Shown here one piece after another: positions 36,420 to 49,697 of a DNA stretch of 64,000 bases (positions are counted from its first letter, which is position 1; each line of letters starts with the position of its first letter). The notes under the pieces were generated by a model. It was not told the DNA's origin, did no database searches, and saw only the letters and a program-made list of their open reading frames with translations. Both the position numbers and the translations under genes were made by a program. Source of the DNA: Isurus oxyrinchus (Eukaryota); NCBI GenBank assembly GCA_026770705.1, contig JANJGN010000101.1, positions 1,240,001 through 1,304,000 of the forward strand, given 5' to 3'.

Positions 36420-37720
36420 ACATAGACAAGTGAATTAACAACAGAGACAGAGTTTGGTGTGGTAATTACTGAGACAGGGCCTAGTGCAATTTAAGCAAAG
36501 ACATTACAAGTGCAGAAATAATCGAGACAGCATTTAATGTTACTTAAGCAAAGATGTGACTGAGTGCACGAATAACAGGGATGGGGACAAGAGCTATATT
36601 AACATAGACAGGGTCTACTGCTATAATAACGGAGACGGGAATACAGGGCCTGGATCAATATCAAGTGAAATAGGGCAGTTATTACAGGCACAGGGCCTAG
36701 AGTAATTGCTTCCTAGAGAGAGTCTAAGTCGTAAAAATGGAGACTGCTGCCAGTGTAAGAGAGACAGGTATGATGTCGTGGAGTAAAATCAGGGAAAGGG
36801 AGAGTGGAATAGAAGCAGAGACAGAGGTACAAAGACAAAGCCTCTGCAAAGACAGGATCCATTTTAATTGAAAATACAGACAAGGTCGTGTGTGATACAG
36901 GCTGATACAGAATCTAGTGTAACTTGTTCTGAAATGGTCTAGCGGAATATAAATGCAGACATGATTGAGTGTGTTATAAGCAGGGCCGCGATTAGTGGAA
37001 CATAAGTGAGGCAGTGCAGAGTGTAGTAATAATTGAGACAGGATCTTGTGTAATACGAACCTGCCTAGTGTAGCAATAACACAGACCGGATCCAGTATAA
37101 GAAAACTGATACACGGTCTAGTGGAGCTTCACATAATCCAGCGCTCTTTGCAATATAATCTGACACAGTGTCTGGTGAATTAAATACCTGCAAAGGTACG
37201 AGATTAATAAAAACAGGGACATGCACTAGTACAGCAATAAGACAGTAATGGTATAGGACAATAACAACAGAAACAGGGAATTGTGTGATATGTATGGAGG
37301 CATGTATTGGTGCAGCATTAACTGAGACAGGGTCCAGTTTGACAGACAGGTGGCAGGTTCTACTGGAGTAATAGCTGAGACAGAGTCTTGTTAAATGCAA
37401 ATAAAAACATGTTCCAATTTTCTATAACCAGAGACAAGCTCTAGTGCAGTGACAACTGGGGCATGGCTTATTGTAACTTCAACCGAGACCTGCTTCAGAG
37501 CAGTCATGACTGAGATAGTGCCAATTGTATTGTGGCCCTAGCCCAGTACATAAACAACTGTGACTGAGCCAATTACAGAAACAACTGATAGATGACCTTC
37601 TCTAATATGATTAGAGACATGTCCTAGTGTAATAGAAATAGAAACGGCGTCTAATTTAATATGAACAGGGACAGTGGCAAATGCAGTAAAAATTGAGACA
37701 GCGCCTGCTTCATGTGATGT
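36420..37720 (+). repeat. Decayed 27-bp satellite array (approximate consensus GAGACAGGGTCTAGTGYAATAATAACT)
   Basis: GAGAC-like starts recur at 27-nt intervals, giving roughly 48 units. Confidence 0.8.
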
Positions 37721-37839
37721 GAGCAATCACGGTTACACTGCCATCCACTGGTCAATCTTTGCTATTACAGGTGTTGCGAAAATGTCGATTACATTTACGG
37801 TTTCTGAGATCAATGGTTAAAATCCGAAATAATGGAAAA

Positions 37840-37921
37840 CGTAGTCGACAGGATTTGAACCTGCGCGGGGTAACCCCAATAGATTTCAAATCCATCACCT
37901 TAACCACTCGGCCACGACTAC
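37840..37921 (-). tRNA. trnS-TGA: tRNA-Ser(TGA), plausibly functional
   Basis: GTAGTCGTGGCCGAGTGGTTAAGGTGATGGATTTGAAATCTATTGGGGTTACCCCGCGCAGGTTCAAATCCTGTCGACTACG. A and B boxes, long variable arm, and a TTTT terminator follows. Confidence 0.85.
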
Positions 37922-39939
37922 AGACCTGGAGAGTGAAACATATATATTTCATATATGAAATCATAGAATAGTTACAGCAGAGAAAAAGCGTCTTCTTCCT
38001 ACCCTGTCACTGCAACAACCCAGCCTTTTCCCCATAACCCTGCAATTCATACTGTCCCTCCTCGTTCTCCCTCCCAAATTGAGAATGAAAGAGAGAGAAT
38101 GAAAGAGGAAGAGAAGTAACGGGTTTTGTAGATCCCAGGGAGAAGAGACTCCGGGAACAGTTCATTGTGACAGTTCACACAGCAACAAGAAAACAACATT
38201 CCCTGAGGAGGGCCAGGAGTGGGAGCATGTTTAGTTCAAACACAGAAGACTTGTTCAGCCAATAACAGCATAGGATCTGTTAGACATATACATGAAGTGA
38301 ACAGTGAGGTGAAATAGTGCCACAAGCTGCGGATGTGCAACTTTCAATTTCCAAGACCCACCATCCTCATCAATGCTGCTCCTCTGAAACTTTCAAGGTA
38401 AATGTTGATCCTTTATAAGATGCCGTTCCCAGAACGAGACACAGTCCTCCAGGTGTGATCTAACCAGGGCTTTGTATAGCTGCAGCAAAGCTTTCCCTCT
38501 TTCCTATAACAGCCTCTGTAACGGGTTGTATAGACAGAGGGATTAGATTGTATCGATCCAATAAGAAAAATAAGGAGATGCTTCATCAAACTAAAATTCC
38601 TTTTGAAATTCCATTTGAAATGAACTTAATTTTTTCGAAAGCTGTGTAAGAATCCCCAGCCTAACTCTTCATGTCACTGGGTCAGGGGAACTTTGTTAAT
38701 GTTCACACAGTGAGCATGGACACGGCAGCAGCTCCTGCGCCTCTTCCAATATTGTTTTTCTTAACTCAGAGTTTTCGAAAGGGAATTGGACAATGACTTG
38801 AAAGGGAGAAAAACGATCAGGATGATGGAGAAAGAGAAGGAAATTGAGACTAATTGGAAAGAACATTGTAAAAAGCTGATATTGATATGATGGTTTAAAT
38901 GGTCTCCTCGCACACTCTGCCATTTTGTGATGACATCACCAGATTAATTTGATGACAACATTTCTAAATTTGTCAACCGAATTCCATTTCTGTAAAACAA
39001 AGACGCAAAGTGCGGCTGCAGGACCTCACAGTTTAACATAGTGTGCAGGTGCCTCTGGCTTTGTCAGGTATTGTTCTGTAGGGGAGTGGTTATCACATGT
39101 GCATGGAATCACCAAGCCTCCTTAGACAGAACCTTCCAAGCCCACGACAATTACCATCTAGAAAAACAAGGGCAGCAAATAGATGGGAACACGACCATTT
39201 GGAATTTCTCCTGCAAGGCACTCACCCTCTTGACTTTTAAATATGTCGCTGTTTCTTCACTGTTGCTGGGTCAAAATCCTGGAACTCCCTTCCTAACAGC
39301 ACTCTGGGTGTACCTACACCACGGGGACTGCTGCGTTTCAAGAAGGCAGCTCAGCAGCACCTTCTCAAGGGATAATGGGATGGGCAATAAATGCTGGCCC
39401 AGCCAGCGAAGCCCACATCCCGAGAATGTATTACATACTGTCTGCAGAATTAATCATAAATCTTCTTCTCATCCGTGTCACTCAAAGTTATTTTAGTTGC
39501 AAACATTCACTAAATTTGGAGTCTGAAACGGAACAATCATTGACCAATTTGATGACACCGTTGTTTTCTGGGTCTTTGTCTCTCCTTAGACCTCTGTCAC
39601 TCTCGGTGTACATGTCTGTGTGCGCTCCTCTCTGTGTGTCAATGTGATTCAGTCCCCTGAGGGGTTGTACACATTTTTTCCCACCACAAACGTTTTACAC
39701 ATTGGTTGTGCAGCTTCACATTACAATGTAACAGAGAAAAGTATCAAGATGAAAGAAGAATTTGCAATGTTCTTGCATCCCATTTCTTAACCTCTGCGTT
39801 TGCTCTGTTGCCATTCCCAGCTGTGGTACCAAATTCCAGCTCTTGCGCCATTCATTCTGGTAGAGGTGATATGCAGGATTTCTGCGTGTTTTATTACTCA
39901 GGGTCATCCCAGCACTTCGCCAAGGTTATTAAATCACTG

Positions 39940-40011
39940 CTCCTTCATCAGGAATCGAACCCACGCCCTGACTATGAAAGCACAGAATCGTAGCTATTAG
40001 GCCACCAGGGA
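39940..40011 (-). pseudogene. tRNA-Glu(TTC) pseudogene
   Basis: TCCCTGGTGGCCTAATAGCTACGATTCTGTGCTTTCA...GGTTCGATTCC, with stems broken. Confidence 0.7.
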
Positions 40012-41214
40012 AGGTGCTCACAAGCCTCACAACCTGGGTAAGCCATGCTGTCTGTGCCTTTTATTTTCATTTCCGACCTCTTTCATTAGAGGCACGTTTC
40101 TCCCCCAAATTGACACGTTTATATAAAACACAAACAACCTCCATTGTCAGACAGTTCCAGGTTGTTATTGGGTCCTTAAGCGACAAAGAGAAAATAATCC
40201 AACTCTCCTGTTGCTCAGCGGGTTCCAACAGCAGTGTTTTTTTATCTGAATATAAATGTAAAATATAATTTAACAACTGACCAACCAGGTACCTACAAAT
40301 CTATGAAGTTATTGGTTCAAATAGACCCGTTAATGATTCCTTCTTCCTCAGCTCCGCAGTGAGTGAGACAGGGAAAAGCAGAAAAGCAGCAATATTCCGG
40401 CCCCGCACTCTCCAATCACCCGCTGCCAGCAAACAGATACACTCACTTTCCTGAGTGTTTATTCTGTGAAATGGTGAAGGGCGAATCTAAGACGCTTGTA
40501 AGATACTGTGCTCAGTTAATATCCACCAACAAACAGGAACAAGGCGGCTTTCCTCTCACTTAAAAGGGCAAGTTTTGATAATGCTTCTGCATTAATAACT
40601 TATATTGATAAAGTGCATTTAATTTGTTGAAACGTCACAAGGCGTCCCCCGTGATCATTATATAACAAAGTGTGACACCGAGACTCATATTCGATCAGAA
40701 TACTAAAAGCTCGGTCAAAGGGGGAGGCTTTAACAACTGTCTTAAAGGAGCAAAGTATCGATTTAATGTTCCAGCTAACAGCAATAGTTCTTCTCATTGG
40801 TGAAAGAAGTCTCCTGTGTTCAACCTAAACAGACCAATTAGTCGGAGAAAGTTCTGTCTGGTGAAAAGATCGGGAATGAAAAAAAAAAGTGGAAAGTAAC
40901 CTCTAAATGCCAAATGTCAAACCTTTCTGGTACTTTCCCTTATGTCTCATGACTGGGGATCGGCGCTTCCATTGGCCCACAGCGAATAGGGTGGAGGGTT
41001 TGGAAATTGAAAGTTACGCATGAGCAGCTTGTGGGACTATTTCACCTCACTGTCGAGTTCATGTTCCAGCTCACAGAAACCGTTGTTTTTATTGGCTCAA
41101 GAATTCGTTTGTGTTAAGGCTAAACAGGCAGTTTTGTGGTGAAAGAGATCTGAACTGAAAAACAATAGGCAAAAGGAGCGTGGATAAGCCAAATCGAAAA
41201 GCATTTTGATCGAT

Positions 41215-41286
41215 TCCTTGGTTGTCTAGTGGTTAGGATTCGGCGCTTTCACCACCACAGCCCGGGTTCGATTCCCAGTAAGGAAA
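41215..41286 (+). tRNA. trnE-TTC: tRNA-Glu(TTC), several stem mismatches (possibly pseudogene)
   Basis: TCCTTGGTTGTCTAGTGGTTAGGATTCGGCGCTTTCACCACCACAGCCCGGGTTCGATTCCCAGTAAGGAA. Confidence 0.7.
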
Positions 41287-43656
41287 TTAAGGTTTGTTGA
41301 GTGTGGTCAATTTCTATTTGCGAACAGCTCCACCGAGAGTTAAAAGCTTAGCCTCACAGCAAGAAATATCACACTTCGAATAAGTCGCGAACAAACAGAA
41401 AAGAAGAAGGGCTGGTTGCAAGGCGAAATATCGGTTGGAGAAGGATGAATGTTACTGTCTCCTATCTGCACCGGCACAAATATCACTTCTGATCAATCAA
41501 CTCCGCTTTGAAAGCAGCGCGCCGGGCCCAATGGGCTCTTTCTATGCTGTAATTATCTATAATGTTATGTTTCCCAACACCGCCAACACTGCCTTTTTAT
41601 AACCCACTCTAGAGAAGTGAGCTTTCTTACCTTGTATTCGGCTCGTCTGAAACCAAAACACGGAGCAATTCAGCGAGTTTTCCTGTCATTTCCAGCACGA
41701 GATTAGTCACGAGACTAAATGAGCGACAGATTAATGGTGCCGATCCTTCACTGGAGCTCACCGTGTCCCAAGAGCACTGTTATCATCAGCCTGTTAGGCA
41801 CCTTCCTGCAGTACATCCGCTGAACAATATAAGCTTATCACAGCTCTGCTTTCTCCACATTGAAATCCAGTGTAAAAAATGTGAACAACTTCAAAGCTGA
41901 TTAACGTAGACAAGACTGGAAGGAGAGTGTGACTGTTGACAATCGGCACTGTGCACATTCCTGTAATCCTTACCTGGGGGAATCAGGAAGATTAGATCAT
42001 GGTGTCTTTTTATTCTATGGTCTGCAAACCTATCGTCTTGTGTCTTACATTCCCACGAACTGACTGTGTCTGCATCAAGCAACTAATTGACCCGGAAGCT
42101 GTACGGGCAGAGGGAGCTGGAGGCGAGACAGGGACAGAAGCAGAAAGAAACGCGACATGAAAGTGTTTTGAATTTGATGTCTGTCAGTTGGTGCCAGTGG
42201 TGAATATCTGCCTTGCCGGTTCCACTGAATGAGGTTGTGTTTTTTTTTGTTTTAGAACAGCAAAATTGAAAGTGACAACAGCCCCCAGCGTGGGGCTCCA
42301 AGAACTGACCCTGAAATTAAGCGTTTTATATTCTGTTGACTGAGGTAGCCGGGAATGGGGGAAGGAATCCTTCATATCCCAACACATATGGCGACAGACG
42401 TGTTTTTCTCACCTGGAAACTCAGCTTGTTCTGAATCTGAGTGTAGAAGGGAGTCGACCTACAAAAGCCCCAAGGTTGCAATGCATTCCTCTCAATCTCA
42501 GTAACATCGTTCACATCTTCCACTTCTTAGTGAGACCTCGTTCCAAAAATTTCAAACTCTCTCTTTCATTTTTCATCCTCACATTTTTCTCTAACATTTT
42601 AACATGAAGTTGTACAACTAATTTAAATAAAGTTAGTGATGGTAAAAATGTGTTCACCCCTCGGGGAACTGACTCATATTGACACACACAGAGGAACACA
42701 CACAAACATATGCACCGAGGGTGACAGAGGGCAAGGGTTTGTCTCTAAGGAGAGGCAAATATCCATAAAGCAAGCATGACACCAAGTTTTATTCCAGTTC
42801 CAAGTTTCATGATTGTTTTCGTGAACAAATAGAAAAAAACCCAAGTGTTTGTATGGATTTTATTGAATTCAACTGATAATTAACTCTGTAGACACATTTT
42901 AAACCAGGAATAATGACAAGTGGGAATCTCAATGGACTTGGGCTCCATCACCTAAATCAATCGACAACGACAACTAGCCCTGTTCACAGGTTAATGTCGA
43001 TGGTATAAAATCATAAATATCTACAGCAGAGGAAGACAACATTCTGCCCAACGTGACAATGCCGGCTGATGGCAAAAGGAATACAGCTAATTTGATAACC
43101 CCACATTTTCTCTACTGCAATTTAAATTGGTATTGTCTCTCCTCCCTCTTCCTGTTAAAATGAAGCATGACAAGCATTTATTTTGACAGTGAGCTGGCAC
43201 CTTTTGCATCATTCGCGTTTGTAGTTGCATGTTAAGTGAATGTAATATATCTCAGTCACATTACATTTCCTCTTCACCATTTCACAGGATAAACCCTCAG
43301 CAAAGTGAGAACATCTTTCAGCTGGCAGCGGGTGATTGGAGAGTGGGGGGCCGGAATATTGCTACTTATCTGCTTTTCTCTGTCTCGCTCACTGTGGAGC
43401 CGAGAAAGAGAGAATCATTGATGGGTTTGTTTGAATCCAATAATTTCACAGGTGTCTGTTGAGTTAGGTGTAATTACCTAGTTGTTTATTGTTTTTTATT
43501 GTGTTTGAAATGAACATTCAAAACAAAAACATCGGTGTGGGAACACACTGGTTAAGGGTAAAGTTTGCGGAATAATTCCTTGCAGCTCAAGTAGCCAATG
43601 AGAGCCCACAACTGTGTGACAATGAAAGCTGATAGGGAAAAAAAGCTTGACACTTT

Positions 43657-43730
43657 TATCTCTGGGTGGTTTTGAACCATCAACTTTTTGCTTAACAGTT
43701 GAATGCGATAAACAATTGCGCCACAGAGAC
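43657..43730 (-). pseudogene. tRNA-Asn(GTT) pseudogene
   Basis: GTCTCTGTGGCGCAATTGTTTATCGCATTCAACTGTTAAGC...GGTTCAAAACCACCCAGAGAT, a decayed paralogue of 54662-54735. Confidence 0.78.
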
Positions 43731-43813
43731 AGAAGTAAGGCTGATTTGCTAACTTTCCTAAACCAGGGTGTCAGTGAATTTAAGTTTCAGATTACTGCTA
43801 CCGGGATGACAAT

Positions 43814-43951
43814 CCTAGTTCTGTTGAAGGGTCATGAGGACTCGAAACGTCAACTCTTTTCTTCTCCGCCGATGCTGCCAGACCTGCTGAGTTTTTCCAG
43901 GTAATTCTGTTTGTGTTTTGGATTTCCACCATCCGCAGTTTTTTTGTTTTT
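43814..43951 (+). mobile_element. Solo PLE terminal repeat
   Basis: Same sequence as the arm of the D1-D2 element, flanked by ATGACAAT (43806-43813, 43952-43959). It is absent from the inverted paralogue at about 54600. Confidence 0.82.
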
Positions 43952-46744
43952 ATGACAATTGTTCTCTTCACTTTTACTCTTCCAAAATAAAGGGAGAGAC
44001 GTTCACTGTGGATACATGGAAACAGTCTGATCCCACCCACTGCTGACACATCCATATCACCAGGAACGTGCTCTCCGACAACCGGTGCCGGCTTCTTTCC
44101 AGCCTTTCGGTGTCTTGTATGTTACCAAGTATTCTGATTGTCCTGAAGCCGATGTTAGGTTTGAGTTCCTGATGTACAGTAACGAGAATCATTTCAATCT
44201 CTCAGGTCAGTTAATTTCACTGATAACTTCAGATTCAATGTTCCAGCGTCTTAAAGAAGGGAAAGGTGCCATGAATGTCTCTGGTCAGTCGAACAGATCA
44301 CCCTTCATTCTCCTCTGATTCCGGTTTCCAAAGAGTTTCTAAAGATTCAGAAAGCTGGAGACTGGGTTTTCTGTTTTGGTTCCTTCTCCATTTTCCTAGC
44401 TGCCAACTGACAATATTTTCCAAATATTGAGGAGACAGAAAAGCCTTGAGACATAATTAGATCAGCCATGATCTTACTGAATGGCGGAGCAGGTTCAAAC
44501 GGCTGAATGGCCTCCTCCTGATCGTCATTCGTCCCTTCCTGTGTCACAGCCCGAATCACTCCTGACTTTAGCAAACTGCCTTCGGAATTAATGATCAGTT
44601 AAATGAAATAAAAACCATCTAACTATTTCCGTGTTTCTTATTTCCATTCCTCTGCAAACATTCACTAAATTTGCAATCTGAAATGGAACAATAATTGGCC
44701 AAGTTGGTGACATCCTTGTTTTCTGGGTGTTTGTCACTTTCGGTGTAAAGGTCTGTGTGTGTCAATGTGCTTCAGTTCCCCGAGGGGTTGAACACATTTT
44801 CACCATCACAAGCTTTATTCATTTTGGTTGCGCAGTTTCATACTAAAATGTTACAGAGCCAATATCAAGATGAAAGATTGAGGAGGGGTTTGCAATGTTT
44901 GGAAGGAGGTGCAGCTAAGAAGTGGAAGGTGTGAATGATGTTATTGATGACTGAGGGAATGTATTGCAACCTTGGGGCTTTTGGAGGTGGATCACCTTTG
45001 AAATTCAGAACAAGCTGAGGCTTGAGGTCGAAAACAGCTGTGATTTCCAAGGATGTTGGGATGTGCAATACTTCGCTCTTCTTACATGCCTGGCGAGTTC
45101 AGTCGACAGCGTCTGAGATTCTTAATGCCAGGTTGTTGGGTTTGCGACCTGTGATCAGTGAAATTCCTTTTTTAAACTTTGCTGCTTTCATGGGTGATCC
45201 CCAGGTCTCCATTCCTCCGGCAGTGTCACCGCTCAAACTGAGTCTTTCTCCATCCTGCTTTGTTAATATCACAGCTGCTGGTTTCTGAGTGAAAACTGCT
45301 CTCTGCGTCATTGAAAGTCAGAGTATTTAATTCTGAGCATTTGGTGCTTTCACCGCTGCAGCCTAGGTTTAATTCCCGTACAGGAAAAAACCTTTTCCTT
45401 TCCATTGTATGAACTATCACAATGAACAGGAATTCCTTATTGAATGAAATCAGGTCTGGCAGCGTCTGTGGAGTGAGAAAGATTTAATCTTCAGCTGGAT
45501 GATCTTTCATCAGAGCTGGAAAAGTCAGAGATGTAACAGGTGGAAAACAAGTCCAGAGGCGGGAGGGAGGGGAGTGAAAGGACAAAAGGGAAGGACTGTG
45601 ATAGGTTACAAGGCATGAGAGAGAAACTGACTAAAGGGATGATGGTGCAACATGTGGGTGGGAATGGGACAGATTTTTCTTCCTGCTGTTCAAACAGGGA
45701 CAAATTTCACTGATCAACCAATCACAACTGCTCTTTCAAAGCAGCACGCCGGGCCGAATGGCCTCTTTCTGCGCTGTAACTTTCTATAATTGTTTCATTT
45801 CCATCTCCACTGCTGCTGCCTTCACAGTCATTCCATCATCTTACAACCCATTCCAGTAAAATCCACCTTCTTCCCTTGTGTTCAGCACCTTTAAGGTCAT
45901 GGGACTGAGTAAATTCAGTGGGAAATTTCCTTCTCATTTAGCACGAGATTTGGAAACAGATCTGGGAAATATTTGTGTCAGTGCAAACAATAAAATCTCC
46001 CCTATCACCTGTACATCTTCCCATGCACCACCATCTCTATGGTCACTGCTTTTCAGCCTATCACAGCCCTTCTCTGATTCCCTACCTTCACCTCTGTGTT
46101 TGTTCGCGACCTGTTGCACAGGTGACATTTTCGGCTCTGATGCAAAACTCCAGCTCTCACTCCACTGATTCAGGCGGAGCTGATATGCGTTTTCAGTTTT
46201 CAATCAAGACGTAATGCACATTTATTTTAATCATTCGCATGACATTTATAAGCGCCAAATCCTAACCACTAGACCCCCAGGCTTGCAAATTCACAGCCCG
46301 GCTTATCCATGCTACCTGTGCATTTTATTTTCATTTCACAACTCTTTCACTAGAGGCACTTTTCTCCCACAAAATGACACATTTATGTCGAACACAAACG
46401 ACTTCTTGAGCCATTGACAACAGTGATTGCTGTTAGCTGAAACAGTATTCATTGGCTCACAGTCCCACGTTGTCATTGGGTCCTTAAGCGACTAAAGAAG
46501 ACAGAAATCGCCAACTGTGCTGTTACGCGGTGAGTTCCAACAGATATGTTTTTATTGAATATTCATTTTGAATATTCCCCACTCACCGGCTGCCAGTTGA
46601 AGGATATCCTCACTTTGCTGTGTCCGCTTTGTGAAAAGAAGTAAAGTGCAATCCGAATGTGAGATTCTGCATTCAGCTAATATTCAACAACAAGCAGGGA
46701 ACAAAGCAACTTTCCCTCTCCCCTAATTGAACAATTTTCAATAA

Positions 46745-46817
46745 CGTTCCTGCCTGGTTTTGAACCAGGGACCTTTCACGTGTAAGGCAAATGTGATAAC
46801 CACTACACTACAGAAAC
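46745..46817 (-). tRNA. trnV-TAC: tRNA-Val(TAC) with CpG-type decay (gene or pseudogene)
   Basis: GTTTCTGTAGTGTAGTGGTTATCACATTTGCCTTACACGTGAAAGGTCCCTGGTTCAAAACCAGGCAGGAAC. Confidence 0.7.
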
Positions 46818-47481
46818 GTCACGCACCAGTATCAAGTGCACCTGACTACAATGCAGTTCTGCAGCAGCACTTTGGGTCCATGTTTTGAAGAAATGGAATT
46901 CGACTGTTCTCATCAGGAATGCTGGAGACAGACTGATCAACAATGTCATCATCAAATGGCACAGCGTGTTGGAGAGTTATTAGATCATCACAACTTCTTT
47001 TTTAAAGAGCAATCAGTAGTCTCAATATTCCTCTCTCTTTCCATAAGCCTCAATTTCTCTATTTCAAGTAACTGTCTCATTCACTTTTGAAGAATGATTT
47101 CCTGCAGAATCCATGCACAGTTTCCCTGACCCAGTGACATGGAGATTTGGACTTGGGTTCCTTCCAGTCCCTTGAGGAGCTGATCCTAATTCCAGCGCTG
47201 CCACAGTTTGAGTCACATTCCCACTTTTGCACACTTTAGGAATTCCTTTTCGGAGAACAAGAGGGAGCTCTAGTTTAATACAGGGCGGGTTGTTGTCCTT
47301 TATTTTGTTTGGAAAAGCACGGAGAGGCAATACAAATATAAATTGTTGTGGGGGTAAAGGCAAGTGTGTGGAATCGGTAGAGCTACTCTTCCAGAGAGCC
47401 AGCACAGACACGACGGGCCGATTGACTTATTTTGCAGTCACCTCTGATTTGATAAGGACACATTTGAGCTCGCGAGCAGCT

Positions 47482-47563
47482 GTTAGTCGAGCTGAATGTT
47501 TAAGGTGACGGATTTGAAATCCATTGGTGTCTCCCCCTGTAGGTTTGAATCCTGCTGACCACA
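47482..47563 (+). pseudogene. tRNA-Ser(TGA) pseudogene
   Basis: ...TTAAGGTGACGGATTTGAAATCCATTGGTGTCTCCCCCTGTAGGTTTGAATCCTGCTGAC. Confidence 0.72.
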
Positions 47564-47828
47564 GTTCACATTATTCCTCATTTTAACCAGGTGCCGCCAA
47601 CCTCATCCCTGCGGCTCCTGTGAAACTGACAAGGTGGCACATGGCAGAAATTCATCACTGAAAGTAACTGATACACATCAAATTCTGCCGCTTTCATGTT
47701 GCATCTTTTAACTTCCTGTTCTCCATCTCAGACATTTTCACGTCTCTCAAATGTCACTCACCTGGAACTTAGCATCTACCTCAGTCTGTTGAATATGGTC
47801 GCTTTCCTGTGTGGTCTTGTTAGCTGGT

Positions 47829-47901
47829 GGCTCCATAGCTCAGTGGTTGGAGCACTGCTCTTATACATCAGTGGCTGTAAGTTCAACCTTCACTGGTGCC
47901 T
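47829..47901 (+). pseudogene. tRNA-Thr-derived pseudogene
   Basis: The 5' half GGCTCCATAGCTCAGTGGTTGGAGCACTG matches vertebrate tRNA-Thr(TGT). The anticodon and T arms are degenerate. Confidence 0.7.
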
Positions 47902-48004
47902 TTCATTAACCTTTAACTGAGAATATGAAGTTATGTGGAAAGCTGAAAAACCGAATAATAATATATAAGATGAAAATGCAAAGTACTGTGGTGAAGCATT
48001 TTGC

Positions 48005-49275
48005 TTTTAAGTTAAAGTACTGTGGATGCTGGAAATCTAAAGTACAAACTCAGCATCCGACAGCATCTGTGGAGAGAGAAACAGAGTCAACGTCTCGAGT
48101 CCGTGTGATCTTCTTCAGAGCTAAAGAGAAGCAGAAATGTTTACTGTTTTATACTGTTTACGAGGGCGTGTGGTGGAGCAGTTGGGGAAGTCAGGAGGAA
48201 TTGGCAAAGATATTATATGCACAAGACAAAGGGAGTGTTAATGGTAGCGGTAAGGGCTAAAAATGTTGCTGATAATTGCTTAAAGGTAAGAAAGCAGAAT
48301 GTGTGAATAGCAGAATAAGGATCAGCACTTCGTGAAAGAACAACATAGAGCAATGACAGATGGCCCTTTAGGGGCCTCTCTCCTCACCTTCCAAGGGCCC
48401 AAACACTCCTTTCAGGTGAAGTAGCGCTTCATGTGCACCTCCAATTTGGTCCATTGCATTCACTGTTCCCAATGGGGTCTCCCCTACATTGGAGAGACCA
48501 AACGCAGACTGGCCAACAGCTTTGTGCAACATCTTCAGTCTGTCTGCAAGCATGACCCAGACCTCCCTGTCATTTGCCATTTCAACACTCCACCCTGCTG
48601 TCATGTGCACATGTCTGTCCTTGGCTTACTGCATTGTTCCAGTGAAGCTCAACGCAAACTGGAGGAACAGCACCTCATCTTCCGACTAGGCACTTTATAG
48701 TCTTCCGGATGTAACATGAAGTTCAGCAGCTTCAGATCATGAACTCTCTCCTTCATTTTCACCCTTTTTAAAATCTCTTTATAAAAAAAGTATTTTATTA
48801 ACTTATTTTTCATTCATTTATTCATTATTTCACCCCACCCCCTCTTATTATCCCCTTTTCTATCTTTTTTCCCCAACTATCTCCCCCTCCCACATCCCAC
48901 CCCCAAAAGGGCCATCTCGTTCCATGCTTTTTTTTTCACAGAGCGCTGAACCTTTTTCTGCTATTTACATATCCTGCTTTCTTAGCTTTATGTCACTATC
49001 AGCACCTTCTTCAGCCTTTACCACTACAATTAACACTCCCTTTGTCTTGTGTCCAGCGAATCTTTGTCAGTCTCTCCTTAACTCCCACCTATCACTGACC
49101 TTAAATCCAGAATCACCTGCTCCACCCGTCCCGCCCCGCTTAAACAGGAGAATTCAAACAATTTCTACTTTTCTTCATCTCTGAAGAAGAGTTATATGGA
49201 CTCAAAACGTTAACACTGTTTCCCTCTCCACCGAGTCTGTGAGACCTGCTGAGTTTTGCCAGGGATTTAGGTGTT
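48005..49275. mobile_element. Truncated Penelope-like element with inverted 5' part and GIY-YIG remnant
   Basis: ORF 48431-48700 NLVHCIHCSQWGLPYIGETKRRL...LEEQHLIFRLGTL. Terminal repeats lie in opposite orientation at about 48010-48125 and 49175-49270. Confidence 0.82.
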
Positions 49276-49625
49276 TGTAATATTTAAGAAGCGACCGGAC
49301 AACAAGATCGGAGATTGGAGAAAAATGTTGCAAAGACTGAAGTAACTCAGTCAGTCGTAGTAATTTTTAAATAACAACAAAGCAGAAACGTTTGAAAAGG
49401 TGAGAAAGATGTGTTGATCTTCAAAGAGACTCGGCTGCACTTGTGCAAAGAACGTGGAAAGTTACATCAGTCCCTACGGCACAACTGATCAGCGTGTTCG
49501 ACTAACTGAAAGTTTGGTGGTTCTCAGAGACGAAGGTTCCAATGTTTTTTTCCTCCCTTCAACATTCATTGTCGCACAGAATTGGGTTATCAAAAAATGT
49601 TTCCATAAATGTTGCCAGTTCTACT

Positions 49626-49697
49626 TCTCTGCAGTGAGTTTTGAACCAGAGAATCTTCCCCATGTAAAGCAAATGTGATAACATTGGACTACAAAAA
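49626..49697 (-). pseudogene. tRNA-Val pseudogene
   Basis: Similar to 46745-46817 but more decayed. Confidence 0.55.

Larger units (their letters stand above)
35975..38020 (+). repeat. Segmental duplication copy 1 (about 2 kb: spacer + 27-bp array + tRNA-Ser)
   Basis: Collinear with 59530-61575 throughout. Confidence 0.9.

Noticed and set aside
36420-37720. CRISPR-like repeat-spacer array
   Set aside because: The context is eukaryotic. The units are contiguous degenerate 27-mers with no identical repeats or unique spacers, and there are no cas genes.
46745-46817. Anticodon-switched tRNA-Val (TAC in an AAC/CAC-type body)
   Set aside because: Such isodecoders occur in other vertebrates and the copy shows general decay, so it is not evidence of novelty.
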